NCBI RefSeq assembly: GCF_009914755.1
Contig: NC_060947.1
DNA from: the human T2T-CHM13v2.0 reference genome, Homo sapiens
DNA length: 64,000 nucleotides
Strand: one strand, 5' to 3'
The notes under the pieces were generated by a model that did not search any database, had not been told where the DNA came from, and was given only the letters and a program-made list of their open reading frames with translations. Position numbers and translations under genes: made by a program. Positions 12,050 through 25,659 of the stretch are shown here, piece after piece (within the stretch, counting starts at the first letter, position 1; each line of letters starts with the position of its first letter).

Positions 12050-12915
12050 TTATTTTAAAATAATTATAGATTCAGAGGAAGTTGCCAAAATAGTACAGAT
12101 AGGTATCATTCATCCAATTCCCACCAATTATTATATCTTACATAACTATAATACAATATCAAAACCAGGAAATAAACTTTGGTGCAAAGTGTGTGTGTAT
12201 CGATTTATGTAACCACCACCATAGTGAATATTGCAAAATAATTATTTCATCACACCAAAGACTTTCATTGCGCTACCCCTTTATAGTCACACTTATCTAC
12301 CTCCCCCATCACCATCCCTAAACCATATCAATCCCTAATCTAGTCTCCATCCTTATACATTTGTTATTTTTAAAATGTTATATAAATGGAATCATAGAGT
12401 AGGTGACTTTTTGATAGTTGCTTTATACTCAGCAAAATGCCCTTTGAGGTAAAGCCATTTTTGTGTTTTTGTATATATCAATAATTGCTTCCATTTTATT
12501 GCTAATAGTATTTCATAGATGTTTCACAGATTAACCATTTTCCACTTGAGAAACATTTTGTTTGTTTCCAGTACAGAGTAATTAAAAATAAAACTACTGT
12601 GAAATCCATCTATATATATTTTGGGGATCATAAACTTTCATTTCTTGGGGGAGTAAATGCCGAAGATTACTGATTCTTAGTGTAATTGCATGTTTAGTTT
12701 TATTTTTAAAAATCTGCAAAACAATTTTCAGAATGACTATAGCATTTTACGTCCTAAAAAGTAGTATATTATTTATCTAATTTCCCTGAATTTGCACCAG
12801 CATTTGTTATTATTACTAGTTTCTTTAAAAAGTTTAGCTGTTCGAATAGGTGTGTAGTGATATTTCAACATTATCCACTAATACATAAAAGTTAAACCAC
12901 AATGAGATATCATTT
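12050..12915 (-). mobile_element. L1MC/L1MD-type 3' end fragment
   Basis: aattatagattcagaggaagttgc..aaaccaggaaat 3'-end motifs; degenerate. Confidence 0.6.
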
Positions 12916-13334
12916 ATCAAAATTAAAGAAGAAAGTGATAATTTTTAAAGTATCCTTCCTTTTCTATTTTCTCAGAAAGTTTGTGTAAAATTGGAAATAA
13001 CAGATTCAGTATTTGCTAGGATTCTCCAGGAGAATCTTCTGGACCTTAAGATGTCTTATATGGGGGGCAGGGGGGTTATAAATTACAAATTATTTTTATT
13101 TAATTGATATGGGACTATTAAAATGATCTATTTTATGTTGAGTGAACTGTGGTAGATTTTAGGCTTAGAGAAAATTGATGATTTTATCTCAGTTGTCAAA
13201 TTTACAGTCTAAAGTTGTTCATTTCTTATCCTCATGATGTTTAGAGGGTCTGTAGTGGTGTATTATATTTCATTCCTTATATTATTAATTTTTGCTATTT
13301 CTTTTTGTCAGTCTTGCTAGATGTTTCTAACTTT

Positions 13335-16300
13335 CTTTTAATTTTTGTGGCTACATAGTAGTTATATATATTTATAGGGTATATGATATGATACAAGCAT
13401 GCAATGCATAATAGTGACATCAGGGTAAACGAGATATCCATCAACTAAAGGATTTATCTTTCTTTATGTTACAAACAATCCAACTATACTCTCAGTTACT
13501 TTAATATGTGCAGTAAATTATCGTTGACTGTAGTCACCCTGTTGTGCTAGCCAATACTGGATCTTATACAATCTATCTAACTATAATTTTGTGCTCATTA
13601 ACCATTCTTACCTCTCCCCCAACCCATCATTCCTAGTCTTTGGTGACCATCATTCTACTCTGTCTCCATGAGTTCAGTTGTTTTAATTTTCAGCTCCAAC
13701 AAATAAATAAGAACATATAAACTTTGTCTTTCTGTGCCTGGCTTATTTCATTAACATGATGCTCTCCATTTGCACACATGTTGTTGCAAATAACAGGATC
13801 TGATTCTTTTATGGCTGAATAGTAGTCCATTATGTATAAGCACCACATATTCTTCATCCATTCATCTGGTGATGGACACTTAACGTTGTTTCAAATCTTG
13901 GCTAATGTGAATCATGCTGCAATAAACATGAGAGTGCAAACATATTTTTGATGCATTAATATTCTTTCTTTTTGGTATATTTATAGCAGTGGGATTGCCA
14001 CATTATATACTAGCTCTATTTTATAGCTTTTTGAGGAACTTCCAAACTGTTCTCCATAGGGGTTGTACTAATTTACGTTCCCACCAACAGTGTACGAGGG
14101 GTCCATTTTCTCCACATCCTCACTAGGGTTTGCTACTGTGTGTCTTTTATATAAAAGCCATTTAAACTGGTGTGAGATGATATTTCATTGTAGTTCCGAT
14201 TTGCATTTCTCTGATTAATAATTCTGTTGAGCACCTTTTCAGACACCTGCTTGCTATTTGTATGTCCTCTGTGGAGAAACATCTATTCAGATATTTTGCC
14301 CTTTTTTAATTAGATTATTAGATTTTTTCCCATTGCATTGTTTGAATTCCTTATATATTCTGGTTATTAATCCATATCAGACTGATGATAGTTAGCAAAT
14401 TTTTTCTTCCATTCTGTGGGTTGTCTCTTTACTTTTGTGATTGCTTCATTCACTGTTCAGGAGAGTTTGAACTTGATGTAGTCTCAGTTGTTCATTTTTG
14501 CCTTCGTTGCCTGTGTTTATGGGGTACTACTCAAGAAATCTGTGCACAGTTCATTGTCTTGGAGTGTCTTCTCAAAGTTTTCTTTTAGTAGTTTCATATT
14601 TTGGGGTCTTAAGTTTGTCTTTAATCTATTTTGATTTGTTTGTTGGATATGACAAGAAATAGGGGTCTAGTTTCCTTTTTCTGCATATGGATATTCAGTT
14701 TTCCTAGCACCATTTATGGAAGCAATTGTCCATTCCTCAATGAATGGTCTTGGCAACTTTCTCAAAAATTAGTTCACTGTAGGTGTGTAGACTTATTTCT
14801 GGATTATCTATTCTGTTCCACTGTTGTATGTGCCTGTTTTTATGTCAGTACTATCCTGTTTTGGTTATTATAGCTCTGGAGTATAAATCGGGATTCAGGG
14901 AATGTGAGTACTCCAGTTTTGTTCTTTTGACTTAGAATAGCTTTGGCTGTTCTGGGTCTTCTGCAGTTCCATATACATTTTGGGATTATTTATTCTATCT
15001 CTGTGAAGAACGCCATTGGCATTTTGATAGGGATTGCATCGAAACTGTAGATTGCTTTGGGTAGTATGGTCATTTTAACAATATTGATGCTGCCAACCCA
15101 TGAACGTGAAATATTTTTCTATTTTTTTCCTGTCCTATTCAATATCTTTTATCAGTGTTTTATAGTTTTCATTGTAAAAATCTTTTATTTACTTGGTTAA
15201 TTTAACTCCTAGGCTTTTTATTTCATTTGTAATTTTTGTAAATAAGATAACTTTCTTGGTGTCTTTTTCAGATTGTTTGCTGTTGGCATACTACTGATTT
15301 TTGGTATGTTGATTTTCTATCCTACAACTTTACTGAATTTGTTAATCAGTTCTAATAGTTTTTTGATGGAGGCATTAGATTTTTTCAAATATAAGATTAT
15401 ATCATCTGCAAACAAAGAGAATTTGACTTCTTTGTTTCCAACTTAGATGCCTTTTATTTCTTTCTCTTGTCTGATTTCTCTAGCTAGAACTTCCAGTACT
15501 ATGTTAAATAACAGTGGTAAAAGTGGTCATCCTTGTCTTGTTGCACATCTTCGAGGAAAGGCTTTCAGTTTTTCCCTTTTCAGTATGATACTAGCTGTAG
15601 CTCTGCTGTACATAGCTTTTATTATGCTGAGGTATATTCCTTCTATACTCAATTTTTGAGGGTTTTTATTATAAAGGGATGTTGAATTTTATCAATTTTT
15701 TTTCAGCATCAATTGAGATAATCATGTGGTTTTTTGTCCTTCATTCTGTTGTTATAACGTATCACATTGATAGTTTTGCATATTTTAAACCATTCTTGCA
15801 TCCCATGGATAAATCTCACTTGGTCATGATGAATGACCTTTTTAAAGTCTTATTGAATTCAGTTTGTTAGTTTTTAATTGAAAATTTTTGCATACGTTTT
15901 CATCAGGGATATTGGCCTGTAGTATTGTTTTTTTGATGCATCTTTGCTTTTGGTATCAGGGTAATATGGGCCTCATAGAATGACTTTGGAATTACTTCAC
16001 TCACCTCTATTTGTTTGGGGTAGACTGAGTAGGATTGGTATTTTTTTTATTCTTTAAATGTTTTGTAGAATTCAGCAGTGAAGACATTGATTCTTTGGTT
16101 ATTCTTTGCTGGGAGACTATTTTATTATGGCTTAGACATCATTACTTGTTACTGGTCTTTTCAGGTTTTGGATTGAATCAAGATTCAATCTTGATAGGTT
16201 ACATATGTCTAGGAATTTATCCACTTTTCTAGGTTTTCAAATTTATTGGTATGTAGTTGCTGATAGTAACCTCTAATGATCCTTTCAATTTATGCAGTAT

Positions 16301-19300
16301 TAATAAAAATGTCTCCTTTTGTATTTCTGATTATTTGTTTCTTGTCTCTTTTTTTCTTATTTAGTCTGGCTAAAGGTTTATAAATTTAGTTTATCTTACC
16401 AAAAAATCAACTTTTTATGTCATTGATTCTTAAAATTCTGTTCATTTCAATTTATTTTACTTTTTGCTCTCATCTTTATTATTTATTTTCTTCTATTAAA
16501 TTTAGGTTTGGTTTTCTCTTGTTTTTCAAATTCTTTAATATGCATTCTTATGTTGTTTATTTGAAGTCTTTCTTCTTTTTGGATGTACATACTTGTAGCT
16601 ATAAATTTCCCTGTTAGTACTGCTTTTGCTGTATACCACAAGTTTTGGCATATCGTTTCTCCATTCTCATTTTTTTCAAAAAATATTTTAACTTACTTCT
16701 AAATCACTTCATTGACTCACTGGTCATTCAGGAGCTTATTGCCTAATTTCCATGTGTTTGTATAGTTTCCAAATTTCTTCTTTATTGATTTCTGCTTTTT
16801 CTCTCTTTTTTTTTTGTTTTTTTGCCATTGTGGTCTGAGAAGATTCTTGATATTATTTCAACTTTTTTCAATTTTTTAAGACTTACTTTGTTGCATAACA
16901 CATAGTCTACCCTTAAGATTAATCCATGTGTTGAGGGAAAGAATAAAGAATGTATTCTGCAGCCATTAGATAAAATGTCCTATAAATATCTATGCAGTCC
17001 ATTTGGTCTATAGTGCAGCATACATCTGACATTTCTTTGTTTATTTTTTCTCTACATGATCTGTGAGATGTTGAAATTGGAGTGTTGAAGCATACACACA
17101 TTATTATTTTATTAGCATCTATCTCTCTGTGTAGCTCTAGTAATATTTGGTTTCTATATCTAGATGGTTCAGTGTTTGGTGCATGTATATTTACACTTGT
17201 TAGATCATCTTGCTGCATTGACCTTTTTATTATTATAAAATGACCTTCTTTATCTTTATTATGGTCTTTGTCTTGAAATCTATTTTAACTGATATAAGCA
17301 TAGACTCTTCTGCTCCATTTGGTTTCCATTGTCATGGAACATCTTTTTCCATACTTTCATTTCTAATCTATGTGCGTCTTTGTATGTGAAGTGTATTTTT
17401 GTGTAGGGAATAGGTAATTTGGTCTTGTATTTTACTCATTCAGCCATTCTATGTGTTTTGATTGGAGAGTTTTGTCCTTTTATATTCCATGTTATTGTTA
17501 ATAATTAGGGACTTACTCCTGATATCTTGTTGCTTTCTGGTTGTTCTGTGGCCTACATTTTTCCTCGTTGTTTTGTGATCTACATTATTCCTGTCTTGCT
17601 TTAAGTGGAGGTGATTTTTCCTGGGGAATAATTTAATTTCCTCTCCTTTATTTTATGTGACTCCATTGTGTGTTTTTAGGTTTGATTTACCATGAAGCTT
17701 GAAAATAATATATTATGTTCCATTATTTTAAAACAATGACAACTTCACACTGACTGTATAAACAATCTAAACAAAAACAAAACTAATAAGTTTCTATACT
17801 GTAACTTTGTCTTTCTGCTCTTAATTTTTTGTTGCTTCCAGTAATGTCTTATTGTATTGTCTATGCATTGAAAATGTTTTTATTAATAGTTTTGATTGGG
17901 TCATCATTTTGTCTTTCTACTTAAGATATGAGTAGTTTACCCACCAAACTTACAGTATTATAATATGTTGTGTTTTTCTGTGTACTTATTATTATCAGTG
18001 TGTTTTGTACTTTCAAATGATTTACTATTGCTCATTAACATCCTTTTGTTTCTGATTTAAGAAGTCCTTTTAGTATTTCTTGGAGGACTGGTCTTGTTTT
18101 GATGAAATTTCTCAGCTTTTGTTTGAACGGGAAGGTCTTTATTTCTCCTTTGTGTTTGAAAGATATTTTCACCGCACATACTCTTCTAGGGTAAATGTTT
18201 TTTTCTTCAGCACTTTAAATATGTTACGCCACTCTCTCCTAACCTGTAAGATTTCTACTGAGAAGTCTGCTGCAAAGAAGTATTGGAGCTCCATTGTATG
18301 TTATTTGTTTCTTTTATTTTGTTGCTTTGAAGATCCTTTCCTCACCCCTTACCTTTGTGAGTTTAATAAATACCTTGAGGTAGTCTTCTTTTGGTTAAAT
18401 ACTTGGTGTTCTTTAGCCTACTTGTACCTGAATATTGATATTTTTCTTTATGTTTGGGAAGTTCTTTATTGCTATTTTTGAATAGTCTTTCTACATGTAT
18501 CACTCTCTATACCTCCTCTATACAACAAATAACTCTTAGATTTCCCTGTTTGAGGCTATTTTTTAGTTATTGTTGCTGTGCTTTATTCTTTATTAATTTT
18601 TTGTCTTCTCTGAGTGTGTATTTTCAAATAGCCTGTCCTCAAGCTCATGAATCCTTTCTTCTGCTTGATCAATTCTGCTGTTAAGAGACTCTGTTGCATT
18701 CTTCAGTATATCAATTGCATTTTTCAACTGCAGGATTTCTGCTTAATTATTTTCAACTGTTTCTATTTCATTTTAAAATTTATCTCATAAAATTATGAAT
18801 TAGTTCTCTGTGTCTTTTAGGATTAATAAACTGCAGCTATTCTACTGTTACGTATACACCCCCCACCAAAAGGAAACATATGCTCACAAAAACATGCACA
18901 TAAATGTTTATAGCAGCTTTATTCATAATGGCCAAAAAGTTAAAAGAACCCAAATGTCCATGAATTAATAAATGAATAAACAAAATGTAGTATAGCCATA
19001 AAATAGCATATTACTCATAAGCTATTTGAGTTTATTTGAGTTTTTTTCAATACAGCTATTTTGAAGGGTCTGTCTGAAAGGTAACCTACCTCTATCTCTC
19101 CAGAATTTGGACCTGGTGCCTTATTTAGTTTGTTTGGTGAGATCGTGTGTTCCTGTATGGTTTTGATGCTTGTGGATGTTTGTCAGTCTTTGAGCATTGC
19201 AATCTTTGCAGTCTGGGCTTGTTTGTACCCCTCATTTTTAATAAAGTGTTCCAGATATTCAAAGGGACTTGCATGTTGTGATCTACAATTATGGTCACTG

Positions 19301-21188
19301 CACCCATATCTGCCTTTGGGGCACCTTAAGTCCAGTGGTGCTGTAGTTCTTGCAGACTCATAAAGGTATTGCCTTAGTGGTCTTAGGTAAAATCTGTAAG
19401 AATTATCTGAATTACAAGGCAGAGACATTTGTTCTCTCCCCTTACTTTCTTCTCCCCAAATGTTAACTCTCTTTCTCTTTGCTGAGCTGCCTGGAGCTGG
19501 GAGAGTAGTGACACAAGTACCCTTTTGGCCATAGCCGCTAGAAATTTGCTAGGTCAAACTTGAAGCCAACACAGCACTAGGTCCTGCCCAAGCCCTACTG
19601 TAACTACTACCTGACTGCTGCCTACGTTTGCTGAAGGTCCTAGGGCTCTACAATCAGCAGGTGATGAATTCCGCCAGTCTTGTGTCTTTATCTTTGGAGC
19701 AGCAAGTTACACAAGCCCCAGGCACATTCAGAGCTATTGTCTGGGGCCAGGGCCTGGAGTCAGTAACCTTAGAAATCTAACTGGTGTTCTATTCTACTGC
19801 AGCTAAGATGGCATCAAAACCACAAGACAAATTCTTCCCACTCTTTTCTCCCCTTTCTCCAGGCAGAGGAGTCTCTCCCCATGCTCACTACCACCACAGG
19901 CCATGGGGAGTAGTGCCAGGGTACCACTGATGTTTACTTAAGGCCCAAGGGCTCTTTATTCAGCTTGTTGTGAATGCTGCCAAGCCTTCAGAGAAGTGAG
20001 CCGCTCTCTGCCCCAGGGTAAGTTCAAAAAAGGCATCCAAGAGCCAAGGCCTGGAATTGGGGACCCTAAGAGCAATCTTTGTGCTCTTCCTTACTATAAC
20101 TGAGTTGGTACCTAAAGTGCAAGTCAAAATCCCCTTTATTCTTTCCTCTCCTTTTCTCAAGCAGAAGGGATCTCTCATAGCCACCACATCTGTGAATATG
20201 CTAGGTCACACCTGAAGCTAACATGTCTCAGAGTCTCATCCAACACCCATGACCTGTACTACCTGATATAACCACTTCTTATTATTCAGGGTCCCTAGGC
20301 TCTTTAGTGAGCAGGTGATAAATCCTGCCAGGACTGGGTCCTTCCCTTCAAGGCAGCAGGTTCCCTTCCGGCTCATGGTTTGTTTAGAAATGTTTTGTGG
20401 GAGCTATAGCCTGTAATGGGTGCCTTATGACTCTTCCCATTACCCTGTCTTACTTTGGCTAAGAAGGTATCCAAAATGCAAGACAAAATCCCTTTTCTCT
20501 TCCCTCTCCTCTCCTCAAATAGAAGGAAGGGCTTATTTTGAAGTCGTGAGCTGCACTGCCTGGGGTTGGGATAGGGATGACACAAGCACTCCCTTATCTA
20601 ACATATTTGGTGTGTGTGTCACTAGGTCAGATGCCCCCAAGTCCACTAGTTCTGAGCCCAGGATACCACTAAGGCTTGCCTAGGACTTGCAGTCTGTGTC
20701 CCTAGACACCCTTTTGCGTTCATGTAGGACCCCAGGGCACTTTAGCCAATGATGGCAAGGCTTGCTGAAATGCAAGTTCTGATCACTAGGATTGGTGACT
20801 CCTCTCTTGTTAGGGCTAGGCTAAATGTTCCCTCCGTGGGCATCAGATGAATTCTGCATGGTGTTGGAATCACTGAGTTTTAATGTAAAATTCCACAATC
20901 ACTAAGTTATCCCTCTACCATGATCACAGGTTCTCTCTCTGTGCCAAGTGGCTGCTGCTGAAGGATTGGAAAGGGGTGGGATCAGCAAATTGAGATGGTT
21001 TTTCCTACTCTTTTCAGTGCCTCATTTAGTTATATGCAGTTAAGACTAGGTAATGTGATCATTCATACGATTTTTGGTTTTTATGCATATGTTTTGATGT
21101 GTATAGATAGTTGTCAAATTTAGTGTTCCTGTGAGGAGGTTGATCAGAGCAGGCTTCTCTTTGGCTATTTTGCTTTGCCTGTGGAATC
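13335..21188 (-). mobile_element. Near full-length L1MA (L1MA1-3 type) with long 5'UTR
   Basis: L1MA 3' end at ~13335; degenerate ORF2 (EN-like ORF 16919-17218) and ORF1 region; repetitive 5'UTR ~19200-21188 ending in degenerate ctattttgct (ancestral gccatcttgct). Confidence 0.85.
18825..19022 (+). mobile_element. ~200-bp opposite-strand old L1M ORF2-end fragment embedded in the L1MA
   Basis: atgtttatagcagctttattcataatggccaaaaag..aacccaaatgtcca is sense L1M sequence; no poly-A and no TSD. Confidence 0.75.
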
Positions 21189-21779
21189 TGTGTTCTTCTT
21201 TTATTTTCTTTAGATGAAAAATGAAATTATGATTTTAATATAAAACTTTTATGTAGATATAGTTCACACACCATACAATTCACTCATTTAAAGTGAACAA
21301 TTTAATGTTTTTAGTATATCCACAGACCTATGTAGCTGTAACAAATTTTAGAACATTTCCTTCACTCCAAAAAGAAACTCCATATATCTTAACATTCATC
21401 CTCCATTTTATCCCAAAATTTCTTCATCCCCAGGCAGCCATTACTCTACTTTCTGTTTTTATTAATTTACCTATTATGGACATTTGATAGAAATGGGATC
21501 ATATACTATGTAGTCCTTTGCAACTCACTTTTTAAATTAGCAAAATGGTTTCAAGGATTATCCTTGTTGTATCATGTACCAGTACTCTATTACAGTTTAT
21601 GACTGAGTAATATGTTATTTTATGGATATACTACATTTTGTTTATTCATTTATTAATTCATGGGCATTTGGGTTCTTTTTGCTTTTTGGCCATTATGAAT
21701 AATGCTGCTATAAACATTTATGCGCATGTTTCTGTGAACATATGTTTCCTTTTGGGGGGCATATATGTAACAGTAAAAT

Positions 21780-23397
21780 AGCTGCAGATTATTAATCCCA
21801 AAAGACCCAACTTCAAACACCATAATCCCAAATGTTGTAATCCCTTAAGAACAAAATAAGTCAAAATCCTAAAGTCTAAAATGCCTAACATCTAAAATTC
21901 CTACAAAATCGCAATTCCAAAAGGTTAAAATCCTGAATGTTACAATCCTGAAAGCAAATTCTGGGAAAGGGATTAGTGTGTTTTTAATTTCATACAGGAG
22001 TGTTCTATCCTGTTAGTTGCATCATGTTAGGTGAAACTATTACCTGCTTATTGTCTTCTTAGAAATTATGTATGGTTTAAGGAGATGTGTATGGGTCCCA
22101 AGTTGACAAAGGCTGGACTTGTGGGTTTGATTTTAGGTGTCGATTTAACTGGATTAACAAATATCTTGAAACCTGGTAAAACATTATTTTGAGTGTGGAT
22201 GTGAGAGTTTCCAGAGATTAGTTTGTGAGTCAGAGTGGACTAGGTAGAGAAAATCTGCCTCAATGTTGGTGACATGGTTAGGCTTTGTGTCCCCACCCAA
22301 ATGTCATCTTGAATTGTAATCCCCAGGTGTTGAGGAAAGAATCTGGTGGGAGGTGATTGCATCATGGGGGCAGTTTTACCCACACTGTTCTCATGATAGT
22401 GAGTTCATTCTCATGAGATCTGATGGTTTTATAAGTGTTTGGCAATTTCCTCCTTTGCTCACACTCTCTCCTGCCACCTTGTGAAGAAGGTGCCTGCTTC
22501 CCCTTCTGCCATGATTGTAAGTTTCCTGAGGCCTCCCGAGCCATGCGGAAATGTGAGTCAATTAAACCTCGTTTGTTTATAAATTACCCAGTCTCGAGTA
22601 GTATCTTTATAGCAGCGTGAGAATGGACTCATACAGTTGGCAAGCACTATCTAATCAAACAGAGACCCAGAGATATCAAATGCAGGAGTCTCTCTTTCAT
22701 AGCTGTAAGAGCCATTTCCCCTGCTGCCTTAGATATCAGAAATTCAGCTTCATAAAAGTGCATTATTATAATGTTGACTTTGTATGTAAACATTGTGCAT
22801 GTGCATAAAAACATTGAAACATTCTCAATAAAGAGATAGTCATTTTGTACATCTGCTTTTGTGATAGATAAAACTTATTAAGATATCTTTGAGCAACTGA
22901 ATATGCGATAGTTAACTATCACAGTTTTTGATCCATCTTGTCAAAAGACAGGTTGTCTGTCGCAGTGCTTCAGATAATTGTAGTTATAAAGCTGGGTGCA
23001 CACAATTACTAACCATAGTGATAAGCATTTATACATTCTGTTTGTGACTTATTTCTTTGTGAATATGATTTATCTGCTCACAACTGTTATGTAGTTATCA
23101 TTAGCATACCTAAGTGTTTATATTTGCAAAAATATGTATATTATTTTTGCCCACTTTATAAAGTGGCTTATGAAGTGTTTGGCCATGTTTTTAATATGTT
23201 TCTCAAATGAATCTCATATTAAAAATGTGAATAAATGTCTTTTAAATACTTTTGTTCAAAATATATTTTTAGCATTTTGACCTTTTGGAATTGTAATTTT
23301 TGTAATTTTAGACTTTAAGGATTTTAATCTTTAGTAATTTCAACATTTGTGATTATGGTGTTTGAGATAGTGTTTTTTGGGATTATGACCCAAACCT
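21780..23397 (+). mobile_element. Ricksha (MULE/MuDR non-autonomous transposon) carrying an ERVL 3' end/MLT2B LTR piece
   Basis: Long imperfect TIRs with AATCCC/GGGATT sub-repeats, right end gggattatgacccaaacc; 9-bp TSD cagtaaaat/gagtagaat (7/9); ERVL PPT-like aagttgacaaaggctggact then MLT2-like LTR from ~22120. Confidence 0.8.
22270..22635 (+). mobile_element. THE1D solo LTR
   Basis: tgacatggttaggctttgtgtcccc...ataca; perfect TSD gttgg (22265-22269/22636-22640). Confidence 0.9.
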
Positions 23398-23895
23398 GAG
23401 TAGAATTGCTAGGTTATATGGTGAATCTATATTTACTTTTTTGAGAAACTGAGAAAATATTTTGCTATGTGGATGCACCATTTTATACTCACAGTAGCCA
23501 TTATAAAGGTTATAATTCTTCCACATCCTATCCAACATTTGTTATTACCTGTCTTTTAGCCATGATAATAAGTGTAATATGGTATCCAATTGTGTTGAAT
23601 AACATTCTCCTAATAGCTAATGATTTTGCAAATATTTTAATGTGCTTATTGCCCAACGATATGCCTTCTTTGGAGAAACTTCTATTCATATTGTTTGCCT
23701 GTTTTTGGTGTGCTTTAATTTTAATTAAAAGTCTTTATATTTTAGAACACTTTTAGATATACAACACAATTGACAAAGAGTACAAAAAATTCTCATATGT
23801 ACCCCTCCGTGTACACAGTTTTTCCTATTGCCAAAATCTTGCATTAGTGATACATTAGTCATAATTAATTAACCAATAATGACACAATATTATTA

Positions 23896-25659
23896 TTAAT
23901 AATAATTTTAAATTATAACTTCTATTTTAAATCTAGGAGGTACATGCACAGATTAGTTACAAGAGTTTATTGTGTGATGCTGAGGTTTCGAGTATAATTC
24001 AACCCATCACCCAGGTAGTGAGCATATTAGCCAATAGGTAGTTTTTCAACTCTTGCCCCCTGCCCCCTACACCCTCCCTTCTCCAGTAGTCTCCAGTGTC
24101 TTTTGTTAGCATGTTTACATTCATGTGTACTCAATGCTTAGCTCTCACTTAAATGTGATAACATTTATTTTTCTGTTTCTGTGTTAATTTTCTTAGAATG
24201 ATAGCTTCCAGCTGCATCAATGTTGCTGCAAAGAACATGATTCTGTTCTTTTATGGCTGCATAGCATTTCATGGTGTACATGTACCACATTTTCTAAATC
24301 TAATCCACCACTTCTGGGAATCTTGGGTAATTCCATGTCTTTACTATTGTAAATAGTGCTGCAATAAACATGAGTGCATGTGTCTTTTTGGTAGAATGAT
24401 TTGTTTTCCTTTGGGTATATATCTAATAATGGGGTTGCTTGGTCAAATTGTAGTTCTGTTTTAAGTTCTTTAAGACACTTCCAAACTGCTTTCCACAATG
24501 GCTTAACTAATTTATATTCCCAACAGCAGTGTATAAGTGTTCCCTTTTCTCCACAGCCTCATAAACATCTGTTATATTTTCACTTCTTAATAATAGCTAT
24601 TCTGACTGCTGTGAGGTTGCATCTTACTGTGGTTTGATTTGCATTTCTCTGGTGATTCGTGATATTTAGAATTCTTTCACGCTTATTGGCCACTTATATG
24701 TCTTCTTTTGAGAAGTGCCTGTTGATATCTTTTGCCCAGTTTTTAATAGGATTGTTTTTTGCTCGTTGATTTGTTTAAATTTCTTACAGATTCTGGATAT
24801 TAGAACTTTGTCAAGAGCACAGTTTGTGAATATTTTCTCCCATGCTGTAGGTTGTCTGTTTACTCTGTAGTTTCTTTTGCTGTGCAGAAGCTTTTTAGTT
24901 TACTTAGGTTTCATTTGTCAAGCTTCGTTTTTGTTTCAATGGCTTTTGAGGACTTAGTCATAAATTATTCACCAACATTGATGTTCAGAAGGGTATTTCC
25001 TAGGCTTCCTTCTAGAATTTCTATTGTTTTAGGTCTTAGATTTTCCTTTAATTCATCGTGAGTTAATTATTTTTATATGGTGACAGGTAAGGGTCCAGTT
25101 TCATCCTTCTGCATATAGATAGCCGGTTATCCCAGCGCCATTTATTTTATAGAAAGTCTTTTCCTCATTGCTTTTTTTTTTTTTTCACTTTGTTGAAGAT
25201 CAGTTGGTTGTAGGTGTGTAGCTTTCTGTCTGGGTTCTCTATTCTGTTCCATTGGCCTTGGTGTCTGTTTTTATACAAGTCCCATGTTGTTTTTCTTATT
25301 GCAGCCTTGTAGTATAGTTTGAAGTTGGGGAATGTAATGCCTTCAGCCTTGTTCTTTTTGCTTACAATTGCTTCAGCAATTTGGGCTCTTTTTGGTTTCA
25401 TGTGAAGTTTAGAATAGTTTTTATTTTTCTAATTCTGTGGGCAATAATGTTGGTATTTTGGTGAGAATAGCATTGAATCTATGGATTCCTTTGGGGAGTA
25501 TGGCCATTTTAACAATATTGATTCTTCAGTCAATGAGCATGGAAATTTTTTTTATTTATTTCATCTACAATTTTTTTTGGCACTGTTTTGTAGTTCTCCT
25601 TGTTGAGAACTTTGACCTCCTTTGTTAGATGTATTTCTAGGTATTTTTTTCTGTGTGTA
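23896..25659 (-). mobile_element. 5'-truncated L1PA15/16
   Basis: 3' motif gtgtgatgctgaggttt..cacccaggtagtgagcata; 14-bp TSD acacaatattatta (23882-23895/25660-25673). Confidence 0.85.

Larger units (their letters stand above)
21240..23710 (-). mobile_element. L1MB-type 3' region, interrupted by Ricksha
   Basis: gatatagttcacacaccatacaattcactcatttaaagtg 3'-end motif; resumes at 23398. Confidence 0.7.

Noticed and set aside
19500-20800. Recurrent GC-richer blocks also found at 60250-61500, as a segmental duplication
   Set aside because: Both are L1MA 5'UTRs with internal repeats; similarity is at family level only
21790-21955. CRISPR-like or novel short-repeat array (AATCC motifs)
   Set aside because: Subterminal repeats of the Ricksha TIR, mirrored at ~23270-23397; eukaryotic context with no spacer structure
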